Notes: generated by a model from the letters alone, not told the origin. Counted from the stretch's first letter, positions 31,994-41,881 are shown. The stretch is DNA of 64,000 nucleotides from Candidatus Pacearchaeota archaeon (GCA_049699715.1 JBNAVB010000001.1:808-64807); one strand, 5' to 3'. Numbers and translations are program-made.

Positions 31994-32551
31994 ATGACAA
32001 AAGAAAACAAAGAAGTCATCAAGAAGATTGAGGCAGTGTTGTTTCTCTCAGCGAGATATCTCACTACCGATGACATCGTGAGATTCACAGGGGTTAATCC
32101 ACTAACTGTAAAAGAAATCATGCTCGAGCTGATTAAAAGATACAACAAAGAGGACAGCGGCTTGACAATTATCAGACAGAATGTAGAAGGTAAAGAGTTA
32201 TGGAAGATGGATGTCAGGCAAGAGTTCCATCAGCTCATCAACAAAATAGCCACAGGAGAGAGCGAGTTTACCAAGGCAGAACAAGAGACTTTGGCTGTGA
32301 TAGCTTACAAGAAACCAATCAAGCAGAGCGTTGTTGTCAAGATTCGTGGAAACAAAGCTTATGACCACATTAAACATTTCATTGAATACGGCCTTGTCAA
32401 GTCAAAAAAAGCGGGGAGAACTTACGAATTAAATGTAAGCGAAAGGTTCTATGATTATTTCAATCTGGATAAGGAAGGGAAAGTCGAAGTGAAAGAAAAG
32501 AGCGAGAAAGAGGTAAACAAAGAAAATGCAATTGTTGATTCCGGATACTAA
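31994..32551 (+). CDS. scpB: SMC-Scp complex subunit ScpB
   Basis: IEAVLF, ETLAVIAYKKPIKQS, IRG, FYDYFNL. Confidence 0.92.
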   Translation: MTKENKEVIKKIEAVLFLSARYLTTDDIVRFTGVNPLTVKEIMLELIKRYNKEDSGLTIIRQNVEGKELWKMDVRQEFHQLINKIATGESEFTKAEQETLAVIAYKKPIKQSVVVKIRGNKAYDHIKHFIEYGLVKSKKAGRTYELNVSERFYDYFNLDKEGKVEVKEKSEKEVNKENAIVDSGY

Positions 32552-32885
32552 TTTTTTAATTTATCTTGTAAAATTCAAGATGTTAGATGAGCTTGATAAT
32601 TATAAACTTATAACCATCAAACAAATTCTTGAAGAATTGGACAAAATAACCAAAGCAAAGAAGGTGAAAGTCGACGATAGGGTTGCTGCCTCTATCGCTT
32701 TAGACTATTTTATATCGAAAAGGCCCGAGATTAAGAAACAGGAAGGCCTTGTGGATGACGCAATCATCGCGCTTGCAAAAAAACTTGGCGCGGCTGTAGG
32801 AACGATGGACAAGGGCCTAAGCTCAAAAGCTAAAAAAAAAGGTATAAAAATAATAAAAATCAGGCAGAAAAAATATTTGAGGTGA
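32526..32885 (+). CDS. PIN-domain protein (Fcf1/Utp24-like)
   Basis: PDTNFL, VDDAII, TMDKGL, IRQKKYL; usual position before rpoE. Confidence 0.85.
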   Translation: MQLLIPDTNFLIYLVKFKMLDELDNYKLITIKQILEELDKITKAKKVKVDDRVAASIALDYFISKRPEIKKQEGLVDDAIIALAKKLGAAVGTMDKGLSSKAKKKGIKIIKIRQKKYLR

Positions 32886-32891
32886 AAAAAG

Positions 32892-33323
32892 ATGAAAAGG
32901 TTAAGAAAAGGGGTTTTTGTTGTTGTATTCAGCTTGAAACCTCTTCGCTATTTGCTCTTGCGTCGCAAACTTCACTGGAAAGGATGGGAATTTCCTAAGG
33001 GCGGCGTGATAGCGCGAGAGAAGATAGAGAATACTGTTAGAAGGGAAGTTCAAGAAGAAACAGGGTTAAAGGTTCTAAATATTATTCCATTCAAAAGTAA
33101 GGGGGAGTTTACTTATGACAAAAAAACACAGCGTGAAAGAAAAGCTAAAGGATTTAGCTATATTTTATTTGGATGTGAAGTTAAAAAAGGCAGGGTAAAA
33201 ATAAGCAAGAAAGAGCATGATAATTTCAAGTGGCTGTCTTATGCAAAAGCAGTGAAACTTTTGAGATGGCCGAATCAGAAAAAAGCCATTAGAATCGTTA
33301 ATGATGCTCTTAAAAAGGTTTAA
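32892..33323 (+). CDS. NUDIX hydrolase (Ap4A hydrolase-like)
   Basis: WEFPKGG...RREVQEETG; SKKEHDNFKW. Confidence 0.9.
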   Translation: MKRLRKGVFVVVFSLKPLRYLLLRRKLHWKGWEFPKGGVIAREKIENTVRREVQEETGLKVLNIIPFKSKGEFTYDKKTQRERKAKGFSYILFGCEVKKGRVKISKKEHDNFKWLSYAKAVKLLRWPNQKKAIRIVNDALKKV

Positions 33324-33371
33324 AAAGCTTTCAAAATATAAACTAACATAATCTCTTGAAAAATTTGAAAA

Positions 33372-33983
33372 ATGTTTTATATTGTTGAAATTCAAGATCA
33401 CGTAAGGGTTGAACCAGAGTTGTTTGGCTTGCCTGTTAAAGAAGCTGTTCTGCAACAACTTCAGAAGAGCTTTGAGAATTATATCGACGAGGAACTTGGC
33501 GCTGTAGTGGCTGTGTTAGACGTGTTACATGTCGGCGAAGGCATTCTTATCCCAGGAGATGCCGCTGCTTACTATGACTCAGAATTCAAGTTGCTCATAT
33601 TCAAACCGGTTCTGCAAGAGCTAGTTTATGGGCAGATAACCCAAATCACCAATTTTGGCGCGTTCATGAATCTCGGAGCAATGGAAGCCATGATTCACAT
33701 AAGCCAAACTATGGATGATTATGTCTCTTTCAGCAAAAGCGACGCGCTCATAGGCAAGAGCTCGAAACACGCATTGAGGAAGGATGATTTGTGTATCGCA
33801 AAAATAGTCTCGGTGAGTTACAAAACATTGCCCCCCAAGATAGGATTAACGATGAGACAGCCGGGATTAGGAAAGATAGAATGGATACAAGAAGACAAGA
33901 GAAGGGCAAAGATAGCAGCTGACAAACTTGCGAGGGCAGAAGGCAAGGAAGTAAAAGGCAAAGGCAAGGGAAAGAAAAAATAA
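33372..33983 (+). CDS. rpoE1: DNA-directed RNA polymerase subunit E' (Rpo7)
   Basis: FGAFM...HISQ...KIGLTMRQPGLGK. Confidence 0.96.
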   Translation: MFYIVEIQDHVRVEPELFGLPVKEAVLQQLQKSFENYIDEELGAVVAVLDVLHVGEGILIPGDAAAYYDSEFKLLIFKPVLQELVYGQITQITNFGAFMNLGAMEAMIHISQTMDDYVSFSKSDALIGKSSKHALRKDDLCIAKIVSVSYKTLPPKIGLTMRQPGLGKIEWIQEDKRRAKIAADKLARAEGKEVKGKGKGKKK

Positions 33984-34005
33984 AGAATAAAAACAAGGAA
34001 TAAAA

Positions 34006-34197
34006 ATGAAGAAAGGTAAAAAAGCGTGCAAGAAATGTAAAGCATTAGTAGAGAGCGGAGACAAATGCCCATTGTGTCAGAGCACCCAACTCGTGGACTC
34101 GTGGAAAGGGCAGGTTGTCATATTGAAACCTGAGGAAAGCGAAATCGCGAAGGAAATAGGTATCAAACAGAAGGGCACTTACGCGATAAAAATCTAA
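34006..34197 (+). CDS. spt4: Transcription elongation factor Spt4 (RpoE'')
   Basis: KACKKC...CPLC...WKG...SEIA...GTYAIK. Confidence 0.95.
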   Translation: MKKGKKACKKCKALVESGDKCPLCQSTQLVDSWKGQVVILKPEESEIAKEIGIKQKGTYAIKI

Positions 34198-34220
34198 ATT
34201 GATTAAAAGAAAAGAGAAGA

Positions 34221-34532
34221 ATGAAATTCAAGATCGAAAAAAAAGAAGACAATCCTTTAATGGAAAGATACGAATTGTATGTAAAGATAGAGGACACGGG
34301 CCCAACCCCTTCAAACGAATATGTGAAACAAGAGGTGTCAAAAGCAACCAACAAATCTTCTGATTTGATTGTAATGAAAAAAGTGTTGCAAGCTTACGGC
34401 AAAAAAGAAGCTAACGCATGGGTTTATGTTTATGAATCTCCTGAAGCCTTGAAAAAGTTCGAGCATGCAAAAAAAGAAAAGAAAGCAGTTGCAGGGGCTC
34501 CTGCAAAGACAGGGGGAGAAAAAGTAAATTAA
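34221..34532 (+). CDS. rps24e: 30S ribosomal protein eS24
   Basis: [13 protein letters not shown]...VYES; conserved context. Confidence 0.9.
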   Translation: MKFKIEKKEDNPLMERYELYVKIEDTGPTPSNEYVKQEVSKATNKSSDLIVMKKVLQAYGKKEANAWVYVYESPEALKKFEHAKKEKKAVAGAPAKTGGEKVN

Positions 34533-34537
34533 ATAAA

Positions 34538-34780
34538 ATGGCGAAAGTAGTTCAAAAAGGGAAAAAGAAAAGAAAACCGAGGAAGCCGAGCGAGAGATGG
34601 AAGAAGTATAAAGTATCTGGCGAACATGTTGAAAGAAGCGCAAAATTCTGTCCGAGGTGTGGCCCCGGAGTTTTCTTGGCCAATATGAATGACAGGATTT
34701 TCTGCGGGAGATGCCACTACACAGAGTTCAAAGGTAAAACAGAAACAAAGGTAGAGCACAGAGAGAAAAAAAGAGCGTAA
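34538..34780 (+). CDS. rps27ae: 30S ribosomal protein eS31 (S27ae)
   Basis: [11 protein letters not shown]...CGRCHYTE. Confidence 0.95.
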   Translation: MAKVVQKGKKKRKPRKPSERWKKYKVSGEHVERSAKFCPRCGPGVFLANMNDRIFCGRCHYTEFKGKTETKVEHREKKRA

Positions 34781-34854
34781 AAAGAAATAAAAAGGGTAAA
34801 AAACTGATTATATCAGCTATATTATATAATTAAAAAAGTAAAAAAGGAGGTAAA

Positions 34855-35025
34855 ATGGCAAAATTGACTGCATGGCTTGTTACTTTAATAGGAGTGCTAC
34901 TCGTTTTAGCATTGCTTTTGCCTGCCACTTTCTCTGGACTGTGGTTTAATTGGGTAGTTGCTTTAGTAGTACTTGTTATAGGCATAGGCAAGCTCATAAG
35001 AAACTATAGCTACAAGAAAAAATAA
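34855..35025 (+). CDS. Small 2-TM membrane protein (56 aa, absent from the ORF track)
   Basis: SD AGGAGGT; MAKLTAWLVTLIGVLLVLALLLPATFSGLWFNWVVALVVLVIGIGKLIRNYSYKKK. Confidence 0.75.
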   Translation: MAKLTAWLVTLIGVLLVLALLLPATFSGLWFNWVVALVVLVIGIGKLIRNYSYKKK

Positions 35026-35083
35026 ATCTTTATTTTTACTTTTTATTTTTTTAATTTAGATATTTTAATTTTTATGTTAGAAG

Positions 35084-35422
35084 ATGACTGAACAAAAACC
35101 TGAAAAAGCTGTAGCCGTCGATGTAAAGAGGGTCATGCCTATATTTGCAGACCACGTTCTTGTTGCTAACATAATCAAAGCGCATACCGAAGACTGGAAG
35201 AAAAAGAAACATATTAAGAAAGAGGGTTATGTTACACTAATTTTTATAGACACTCTCACTCACCAGGCTGTTTCGCGAGTTGTAGTTTCAAGGGGCACTG
35301 CAGAAGCGCTTGAAAAAGCTTTAGGAGAGAGCCTCGAGAAATTTGACAGGGAGCTCAAAAGCAAGGAAGTGAAAGGCAAGACAAAAGTCGAGACGACAAA
35401 TGTAGGGAAATATCTAGGGTAA
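35084..35422 (+). CDS. Hypothetical protein (DUF3467-like)
   Basis: PIFADHV...LIFID...VSRVVVS...AEAL pattern. Confidence 0.55.
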   Translation: MTEQKPEKAVAVDVKRVMPIFADHVLVANIIKAHTEDWKKKKHIKKEGYVTLIFIDTLTHQAVSRVVVSRGTAEALEKALGESLEKFDRELKSKEVKGKTKVETTNVGKYLG

Positions 35423-35473
35423 ATCTAGGGTAAAATATCTAGAATAAAAATTCTAAGGAGATAGATTAAAAAT

Positions 35474-35640
35474 AAAAAGCGGGGCCAGAATTTAAAGAAA
35501 TAATGGCTGTAATCCGCTAAAAACCTCAGTTTTTATTAATAAATTGAATATTGATGCGTGATTAAAAACCCTGGGAAAGACTCTTGGGAAAATCAAGCAG
35601 ATGCCCCTCAAGCCTTTCCTGGGTAAAAAGAGGTGATAAT
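35474..35640 (-). ncRNA. Candidate structured non-coding RNA
   Basis: Upstream BRE-TATA (CCGAAAGATTTAAATA), GC-rich hairpins with G:U pairs favouring this strand, terminal hairpin plus T-run, no ORF. Confidence 0.4.
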
Positions 35641-35769
35641 ATTTTGAAGCAGAAGAAGTATTTAAATCTTTCGGTTTGTAGTAATTATATAGTAGTTACT
35701 AATTCCCGGGATTTTAGGGCTGTTCCCTTTAAGCATAATTAGATTTTTAAGTCGGAAAAGCTAGGATTA

Positions 35770-36615
35770 TTGATGATAAAAGAGCAAGGAAAAGGCAATA
35801 AGAATAATACCGTGGGTCAAGAACAGCTCTATGACATGCTTGTTTCTAGAGAAGTATCATGGCAGGCGATTATCTATGATTTGATTAAGACTGAACAGCT
35901 CGACCCTTGGAACATTGACTTGATATTTCTTGCGCAAAAATATCTTGAAAAGGTTCATCAGCTAGAAGAGGAGCATGTTTTCTTCATCTCAAGTAAGGTT
36001 TTACTTGCTGCGGCCATCCTGCTCAGAATCAAGAGTGAGTTGCTAAGAGAAAATATTGTCGCTATCGACGAGATTCTTTTCGATAGGAAGAAGAAAACAA
36101 GCGCGAGCGAGTTGATAGACTCATCAAGCGTAATTGATTTTGTCTCTGAAGACTATGAGATATTGCCTCGAACCCCTATTCCTCGCGCTAGAAAAATTAC
36201 ATTGCAAGAGCTTATGGGGGCATTAGACAGGGCTATCAATACAGAACACAGGAGAATAAGGAGGGAATTGTCATTGAAACGAGTTACTTACGATGTTGGT
36301 TTTGTCATGCCAAAAAAAACTGTGGATATAAGGGAAAAAATCAAAGAACTTTATAATAAAATCAAGGAATTTTTCACAAGGAAAAAAACCGGCGAGTTCT
36401 TGACTTTTAGCGAGCTTGCTGGCACAAGCAAAGATGAGAAAATAGCTTGTTTCTTGCCTGTATTGCATTTAGACACTCAGGAAAAAATATATTTGGAGCA
36501 GCAAGAGCCTTTTTCAGAGATAAACATCTGGCTAAAGGAGCTCAGAAAGCGGGAGGAAGCGCAAGAGGCTGTTAAAGCAGAACAAGAAGCTATCAAAGAA
36601 AATAAATTACAATAG
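35770..36615 (+). CDS. scpA: Segregation/condensation protein ScpA (kleisin)
   Basis: LDPWNIDL, LLAAAILLRIKS, ITLQEL, FLPVLHL...LEQQEPFSEI. Confidence 0.92.
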   Translation: MMIKEQGKGNKNNTVGQEQLYDMLVSREVSWQAIIYDLIKTEQLDPWNIDLIFLAQKYLEKVHQLEEEHVFFISSKVLLAAAILLRIKSELLRENIVAIDEILFDRKKKTSASELIDSSSVIDFVSEDYEILPRTPIPRARKITLQELMGALDRAINTEHRRIRRELSLKRVTYDVGFVMPKKTVDIREKIKELYNKIKEFFTRKKTGEFLTFSELAGTSKDEKIACFLPVLHLDTQEKIYLEQQEPFSEINIWLKELRKREEAQEAVKAEQEAIKENKLQ

Positions 36616-36872
36616 CAGAGAAAATAGAAAAAAATCAAACCTTTTCTAAAAAATATATTATGTCGTTTATGTCTTCTTCGATGCCCCCGGATGTGCATTT
36701 TGTATCATTCCTAGAGCAACTACATTCTTCATCTCTCATCTGCAGATATTTCAGTCTATTCTTTTTCTTGTATGATAAGGAATCCCATAAATTATTAGTT
36801 CCGTCTCAAATCTTTATTTTTACCTATTTTAATCTGAAAAATTAAAAGAAAGCTGAAAAATTAAATAAAAAA

Positions 36873-37445
36873 TTATGCAGCTTTCCTTCCTTCTTCTTCT
36901 TTCTTTTTATACATCTCTACAAGTGTTTCATTGCTCATGTCAGTCATGAGCTCAGCGTACAAGTTTCCTTTGAGTTTTTGTGTGTCAATTATGCTTATCG
37001 CAGTCAATGCTTTTTTTGCTTCTTTGCCTTCATCATTTTTTCCTTTAGCCACTTCCTTTAATTGGCTAACGGTATAAGTCATATATTTCTTAAGGCCCTC
37101 TAAAGCTTCTGCTGGAATTTTGTATCCCTTGTCCATAGCTCTTTTAACAATTGTAGCCACAGTCGCATTTTCCAAAGCGCTTCCATAGTGTTGGCTATAA
37201 AGCCCGATTGCGTGGACTAAGGCGCTATCTCCTATCCCTGTTCCAGCCCCTACTCCTTCCATGGCCCTTTCCAAGGATTGGCCGATAATAGGGTCATCCT
37301 TAGTCAAACCGTAAGCTTTGTAGTAATGGTATCTCATTGCATTTACTGCCATTGCAGGATCTGTTTTAGCTATGGAGCCTGCTAAAGCAGCATATTCGTT
37401 CCTAGCAAGTTGCTCAAGACTTGTAGTTTGCTTTTGTTCTGCCAT
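36873..37445 (-). CDS. Hypothetical protein
   Basis: 190-aa ORF with A-rich leader. Confidence 0.7.
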   Translation of the reverse strand: MAEQKQTTSLEQLARNEYAALAGSIAKTDPAMAVNAMRYHYYKAYGLTKDDPIIGQSLERAMEGVGAGTGIGDSALVHAIGLYSQHYGSALENATVATIVKRAMDKGYKIPAEALEGLKKYMTYTVSQLKEVAKGKNDEGKEAKKALTAISIIDTQKLKGNLYAELMTDMSNETLVEMYKKKEEEGRKAA

Positions 37446-37451
37446 TTTTAT

Positions 37452-37625
37452 TTAGTTTATTTGATTTAGCATCTGGTTTTGAGTATTTAACTCTTTCACC
37501 TGACTTTCATCTGACAAATCTTTAGTTAAAGCCTCTTCCAGGCCTTCATGATCCTGAGGGAAAACCCCCTTTTCTTTATAGATTACTATTTGAGTTTTAT
37601 TGTAAGACTTTGTTTGATTTGTCAT
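37452..37625 (-). CDS. Small hypothetical protein (57 aa, absent from the ORF track)
   Basis: MTNQTKSYNKTQ...QMLNQIN*; BRE-TATA about 21 bp upstream; stop 6 bp before the next gene. Confidence 0.5.
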   Translation of the reverse strand: MTNQTKSYNKTQIVIYKEKGVFPQDHEGLEEALTKDLSDESQVKELNTQNQMLNQIN

Positions 37626-37753
37626 AATTATCTCAGTATTTTGAAGTTTATAAATCTTTCGGTTGTTGTCTCATTTAAGTAGTGACAAATAATGGATTAT
37701 AGGATGCGTTAAAAAGTGGAAAACTTTAAATAAACATTCAGGTTTTAAAATAT

Positions 37754-38458
37754 ATGTTCAACAAAAAAATCAAATGTGTCTGTGGGAAGAAAATCGACGC
37801 TAAGTATAACTTCTGCCCTTTTTGCGGCCGCAACCTTAAGGCCAAGCTCGAGAAGGACAAGGTTCGCGAGAAAGAAATTAATGGAATGATCAAACAAGTG
37901 GAGGAAGCTTTCAATGTTCCTTTTCTCATGAAATTCCCGTTCGAGAAACTTGTTAAACAGATGATGAAAGAAGTAGACAAGCAATTCCAAGAATACGACG
38001 AGCAACTCGCAAATGCTCAGAAAGAGCCAAATGTAGTCTCGTCTGGAATCAGTATAAGCATAAACTCCTCGCCGGAAGGTCAGCCAGTCATAGAAGTCAA
38101 GCAGTTTGGTCAAGGACAAGAAGCTGAAAAGGAGATAAAACCTCGGAAGATCAAGGAAGAGAAAATAAAGAAATTGCCCAAAGCAAGAATCAGCGAAGCA
38201 GAGGCAACGAGACTAGCAAAACTTCCAAGGAAAGAACCAGAAACGAAGGTTAGAAGATTGACAGACAAAATTGTTTATGAAATCTCATTGCCCGGAGTTC
38301 TCGAGGAGAAAAATATAATCATAAATAAGCTGCAGAACAGCATCGAGATCAAGGCTTTTGCAAAAGACAAGGCTTATTTCAAGTTAATCCCCTTAGATTT
38401 GCCTATCCAGAATTACAAGCTCGAGAAAGAGAAACTTATTCTTGAGCTGAAGCCGTAA
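37754..38458 (+). CDS. Zinc-ribbon plus Hsp20/alpha-crystallin domain protein
   Basis: CVCG...NFCPFCG; EPETKV...EISLPGV...SIEIKA...YFKLIP. Confidence 0.75.
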   Translation: MFNKKIKCVCGKKIDAKYNFCPFCGRNLKAKLEKDKVREKEINGMIKQVEEAFNVPFLMKFPFEKLVKQMMKEVDKQFQEYDEQLANAQKEPNVVSSGISISINSSPEGQPVIEVKQFGQGQEAEKEIKPRKIKEEKIKKLPKARISEAEATRLAKLPRKEPETKVRRLTDKIVYEISLPGVLEEKNIIINKLQNSIEIKAFAKDKAYFKLIPLDLPIQNYKLEKEKLILELKP

Positions 38459-38498
38459 AGAGCCATAAATTTTTAAATTATAATTTCCTCAAGTTATT

Positions 38499-39539
38499 AT
38501 GAAAAGAGAATTGCTGCCGTTGGTTTTGTTTGTATTAATACTCTCATTGGGTTTGGCATCAGCTCAATACTACAATTATGGCTACGGCACGAGCGGCTTT
38601 GGGGGATTGCCTTCTATTGCTGAGCTCGTGAACAACGAGTGGGTCAATGCTGCTGTAATCTTCTTGTTTGTGTTCGCATTCGTGTGGTTTATCACACAGC
38701 AAGTTTTCAACGCAAGCAAACCAGCAGCGGTTGTTATCTCGATAATTCTTGCGTTGATAGCTGCTTTTGGTGTTGTTTACATGTACGGCCCAATCATAGC
38801 TAGATTCGGCAACCTAATCTTCTTCGCAGTCTTCGCAGGAATAATTTTATTATTATGGTTCCAGTTCAGACATGCTAAGACAGTTGTCTTTATCGCATTA
38901 GCTGTTGCTTCATTAATCTGGCTTTTGTTTCTCCGAGGACAGTTATGTCCTCCTTTCGGAATTCTTTTCCAAGAGCTCTGTGTCATCCTTGATGTTATTG
39001 CTATAATTCTTATTATAATTTTGATCATAAGGTTATTGTGGGCATTGTTCAACAAATTAAGAAGAGGAGTCAGGCAAAAGGGGGGAGGTCCAGAGGCAGT
39101 TGAATTGATTATCGAATCAACCCCTGGCGGAACAACTAATCCACCGCCAGGCTCTTATCCTGTTCAAAAAAATAGCGTAGCAACAATAGTTCCAATTCTA
39201 GATTATGGCCATGTCATTGATCATTGGACTGTCGATGGGCACAGTGTTAGGGCATACACTTTAACAATCAAAGTCAAAAAACGAACTTATGTCCGAGCGT
39301 TCTTTGCTCGCGAGGGAAAGAAGAAAGAGCAAGAAGAAAGAAAAGCCATAACTTATGAAGAGAAAAAGATGTTACCTCCGCCAGCTGAGATAAACAGAAT
39401 CAAGCGAGATCTGATGCGCGTGCAAAGTCTCACAGACAAGGAGATGAAGAAAGGAGAGAGAGCAAATCAACAAAGAATTGATAAGCTCCTTGCAATGCGC
39501 AACAGATTACAAAAACGATTACACGAGCTTAGGAAATAA
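38499..39539 (+). CDS. Multi-TM membrane protein with an InlB-B-repeat-like beta domain
   Basis: Signal peptide, about 5 TMs, GGTTNPPPGSY...GHVIDHWTVDG...VRAFF. Confidence 0.6.
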   Translation: MKRELLPLVLFVLILSLGLASAQYYNYGYGTSGFGGLPSIAELVNNEWVNAAVIFLFVFAFVWFITQQVFNASKPAAVVISIILALIAAFGVVYMYGPIIARFGNLIFFAVFAGIILLLWFQFRHAKTVVFIALAVASLIWLLFLRGQLCPPFGILFQELCVILDVIAIILIIILIIRLLWALFNKLRRGVRQKGGGPEAVELIIESTPGGTTNPPPGSYPVQKNSVATIVPILDYGHVIDHWTVDGHSVRAYTLTIKVKKRTYVRAFFAREGKKKEQEERKAITYEEKKMLPPPAEINRIKRDLMRVQSLTDKEMKKGERANQQRIDKLLAMRNRLQKRLHELRK

Positions 39540-39594
39540 TCAACAAATTTATAAATCCCGAATAGATAATAAAATAAAAGAGGTAAAAATAAAA

Positions 39595-39789
39595 ATGTAT
39601 GCAAAAACTTTGATGTTTATTGCAGGGATAATCGCATTGGTTGTAAGTGCTGCAGGATTAGCGATTAATTTAGGTTACGCTTTTGCATTTTTAGAGGCAT
39701 TGCCTTCAAACCCTATGATATATTTGGCTATAGATGCTATTATTGGATTATTGCTAGTAATCTTTAGTTTCCAAAGGTCACTGTACTAA
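39595..39789 (+). CDS. Small 2-TM membrane protein
   Basis: SD GAGGT; ATG at 39595; two hydrophobic helices. Confidence 0.65.
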   Translation: MYAKTLMFIAGIIALVVSAAGLAINLGYAFAFLEALPSNPMIYLAIDAIIGLLLVIFSFQRSLY

Positions 39790-39816
39790 TAAAAATCTGA
39801 GGTAAATAAACAAAAA

Positions 39817-40041
39817 ATGAAACCACGAGTGATGTTAATAGTGTTTGGACTTCTTATAGCAATATTAAGCATCCTTGCTTTGTTACAAGGTACAAGCATA
39901 ACCGGCTTTGCAACAGTCTCAACCTTTTTGGAAGAAAAACTTGATTTCCCAACATCAGCCACATTCTATTTGATTACTATTTTAGTCATTAGTATCCTCG
40001 CCATAGTTCTGGGACTAAAACATAGAAAAGTTGTTTACTAG
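39817..40041 (+). CDS. Small 2-TM membrane protein
   Basis: SD GAGGT; two hydrophobic helices. Confidence 0.7.
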   Translation: MKPRVMLIVFGLLIAILSILALLQGTSITGFATVSTFLEEKLDFPTSATFYLITILVISILAIVLGLKHRKVVY

Positions 40042-40050
40042 TAATCAAAA

Positions 40051-41094
40051 CTAAAAATCGCCCAAGCCTTTCTGGCTTGCTTTTTCTTTGTGCTCATGAA
40101 TCTTTTCCAAAGCTGAAGAAACTCGCTCTTCACTGAAGTCATGTTCTGTGCATAATAACTTCTTGACAGCTTTTTCATTCACGCTCTTGAATTCTATTTT
40201 GTAATCTTTCGTGACATTTGGTTTTTTGAAAAGTTCAAAGATATCTTGCCAGTCAAAATCAGGATTGTTAATTTTGCCTTCTTCCGCGAGCTTGCCTAAA
40301 GCATTGAAAAGCAATGCCGGAGATTTATACTGCTGCACAAGTTGTAAAGCTCTTTTAGGCCCTATTCCTTTTACCCCCATAGGATTGAAATCTGTTCCGA
40401 CAAGAATGCCCAAACAAATGAGTTGTTCATGATTTATCTGCAGCGAGTTTAAAACTTGCTCAAGCTCAATCATCTCAGGCATGATAGACACATAGGCTCC
40501 TGAGGCAAGTTTTCTTTTTCTGGCGAGCGTTAAATTCTGAATGAGTCTCGGTGCCCCAAAAGCAAGCGAGTCATAATCCTGCGAGGCGACAGCATAAGCA
40601 TCGTGATTCTTGGCCATGAAAGAACATTGAGCCTCCCCTTCACTCGGAGCTTGCACAACTGAGAGTCCTAAAGCTTTCAAAAGTTCTTTTGATTCAACAA
40701 TCATCTCGTCTGTCAAATGCAAAGCCTGTCTAGAATACTTAAACATCTCTTCCTCGCTCCCTCGAGCTTTAGCCCTTTCATATTTCTCTTTTGCTTCTTC
40801 CTTGCGCGCTATTCTTTCAGAGACTGTTTCACCCTTCAACTCATGAGGCTTGCCGTCAAAAACATAAACGAGCTTTAAACCTTGGGCCATTAAATTAGTC
40901 GTCCTATAAAACAATCCCGATAGATGTGAAGTCACTCGTTTCTTGCTATCCATTAATGGGGTGCCATCAGGCTGTCTTATGTTAGCAAGAAACTGATAAA
41001 TAACATTGAAAGCATCTACCGCCAAGATTTTGCCTTTCAAATCCTCGAGCTTTATCTCTTTTTTCGGAATAATCTCTCCAATTTGCAAACCCAT
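40051..41094 (-). CDS. fen: Flap endonuclease 1
   Basis: VDAFN, FDG, APSEGEAQ, SQDYD, GTDFN, GIGPK, C-terminal PIP box QKGLGDF. Confidence 0.97.
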   Translation of the reverse strand: MGLQIGEIIPKKEIKLEDLKGKILAVDAFNVIYQFLANIRQPDGTPLMDSKKRVTSHLSGLFYRTTNLMAQGLKLVYVFDGKPHELKGETVSERIARKEEAKEKYERAKARGSEEEMFKYSRQALHLTDEMIVESKELLKALGLSVVQAPSEGEAQCSFMAKNHDAYAVASQDYDSLAFGAPRLIQNLTLARKRKLASGAYVSIMPEMIELEQVLNSLQINHEQLICLGILVGTDFNPMGVKGIGPKRALQLVQQYKSPALLFNALGKLAEEGKINNPDFDWQDIFELFKKPNVTKDYKIEFKSVNEKAVKKLLCTEHDFSEERVSSALEKIHEHKEKASQKGLGDF

Positions 41095-41116
41095 AAAACA
41101 AGAAAGAAAATGAAAC

Positions 41117-41608
41117 TTAAATAATTTGCTCTAATACATCTTCGACATAGCGACTTGTTATTTCTTCAATACCCTCTGCCCTTATATAATGCTCATAACA
41201 AATATAATCATCGCCCCTTATTTTTTTATAGAGAATCCTTGCTTCAATCCTGTCTGAATCCACAAAAACCTCATATGTCCTGAATTCAGAAGGGTATATT
41301 ATCCTTAAGAGAATCTCTTCCTCAGTCGGGGAATATTTTTTCCTCATAAATGTAGGGACATCAAATTCTGTGGTGCCTCCTATAAATATTATTGGCCCGC
41401 CGAATTTTTGGCTTATTTCTTTAAGATATTTTTCATCTATGAACTCTGCAAAATTAGGCAATTCCCTCTTTATCTCGAATGTATTGAAAAAATAAGCTTG
41501 TCTTTCAATTTTTTTAAATTTGTTTTTGGACGTTCCGATAAATGCCATCTCCTTGAGACAAGCTTCCATCTCATTCAATTCCGCTTGTTTTAATTTGTGA
41601 GATTTCAT
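41117..41608 (-). CDS. Hypothetical protein
   Basis: Co-oriented 163-aa ORF. Confidence 0.65.
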   Translation of the reverse strand: MKSHKLKQAELNEMEACLKEMAFIGTSKNKFKKIERQAYFFNTFEIKRELPNFAEFIDEKYLKEISQKFGGPIIFIGGTTEFDVPTFMRKKYSPTEEEILLRIIYPSEFRTYEVFVDSDRIEARILYKKIRGDDYICYEHYIRAEGIEEITSRYVEDVLEQII

Positions 41609-41614
41609 TTTGAT

Positions 41615-41863
41615 TCATCCGACATATTTGCCTGCGTAAGTCAAGAGATAATTAAATAGTGCTCCTATCTGCAAATTATCATAGCCTCTCGCGTTCAAAT
41701 CCTGTTTTCCGCCGGGTCCGAACCTCTTAGGGAAATATTTTATTAGGAGCTCTTTTTTCCTTTTGACATCTTTTTCGAAACTCGTGGAAAGCCCAGCGCT
41801 ATCTCTGTGGAATCGTCTGTAAATTTCTTCTCTCCTTAATCGCCATTCTAAACTTCTAGCCAT
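41615..41863 (-). CDS. Small hypothetical protein
   Basis: Co-oriented 82-aa ORF with A-rich leader. Confidence 0.6.
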   Translation of the reverse strand: MARSLEWRLRREEIYRRFHRDSAGLSTSFEKDVKRKKELLIKYFPKRFGPGGKQDLNARGYDNLQIGALFNYLLTYAGKYVG

Positions 41864-41881
41864 TTTTTATTTTTTTCTTTT

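Noticed and set aside
35629..35742. Tiny + strand ORF after GAGGTGA (TTG start, about 32 codons)
   Set aside because: It has a weak start and runs across the minus-strand promoter; it is better explained as the reverse complement of the candidate ncRNA 5' end, though not excluded
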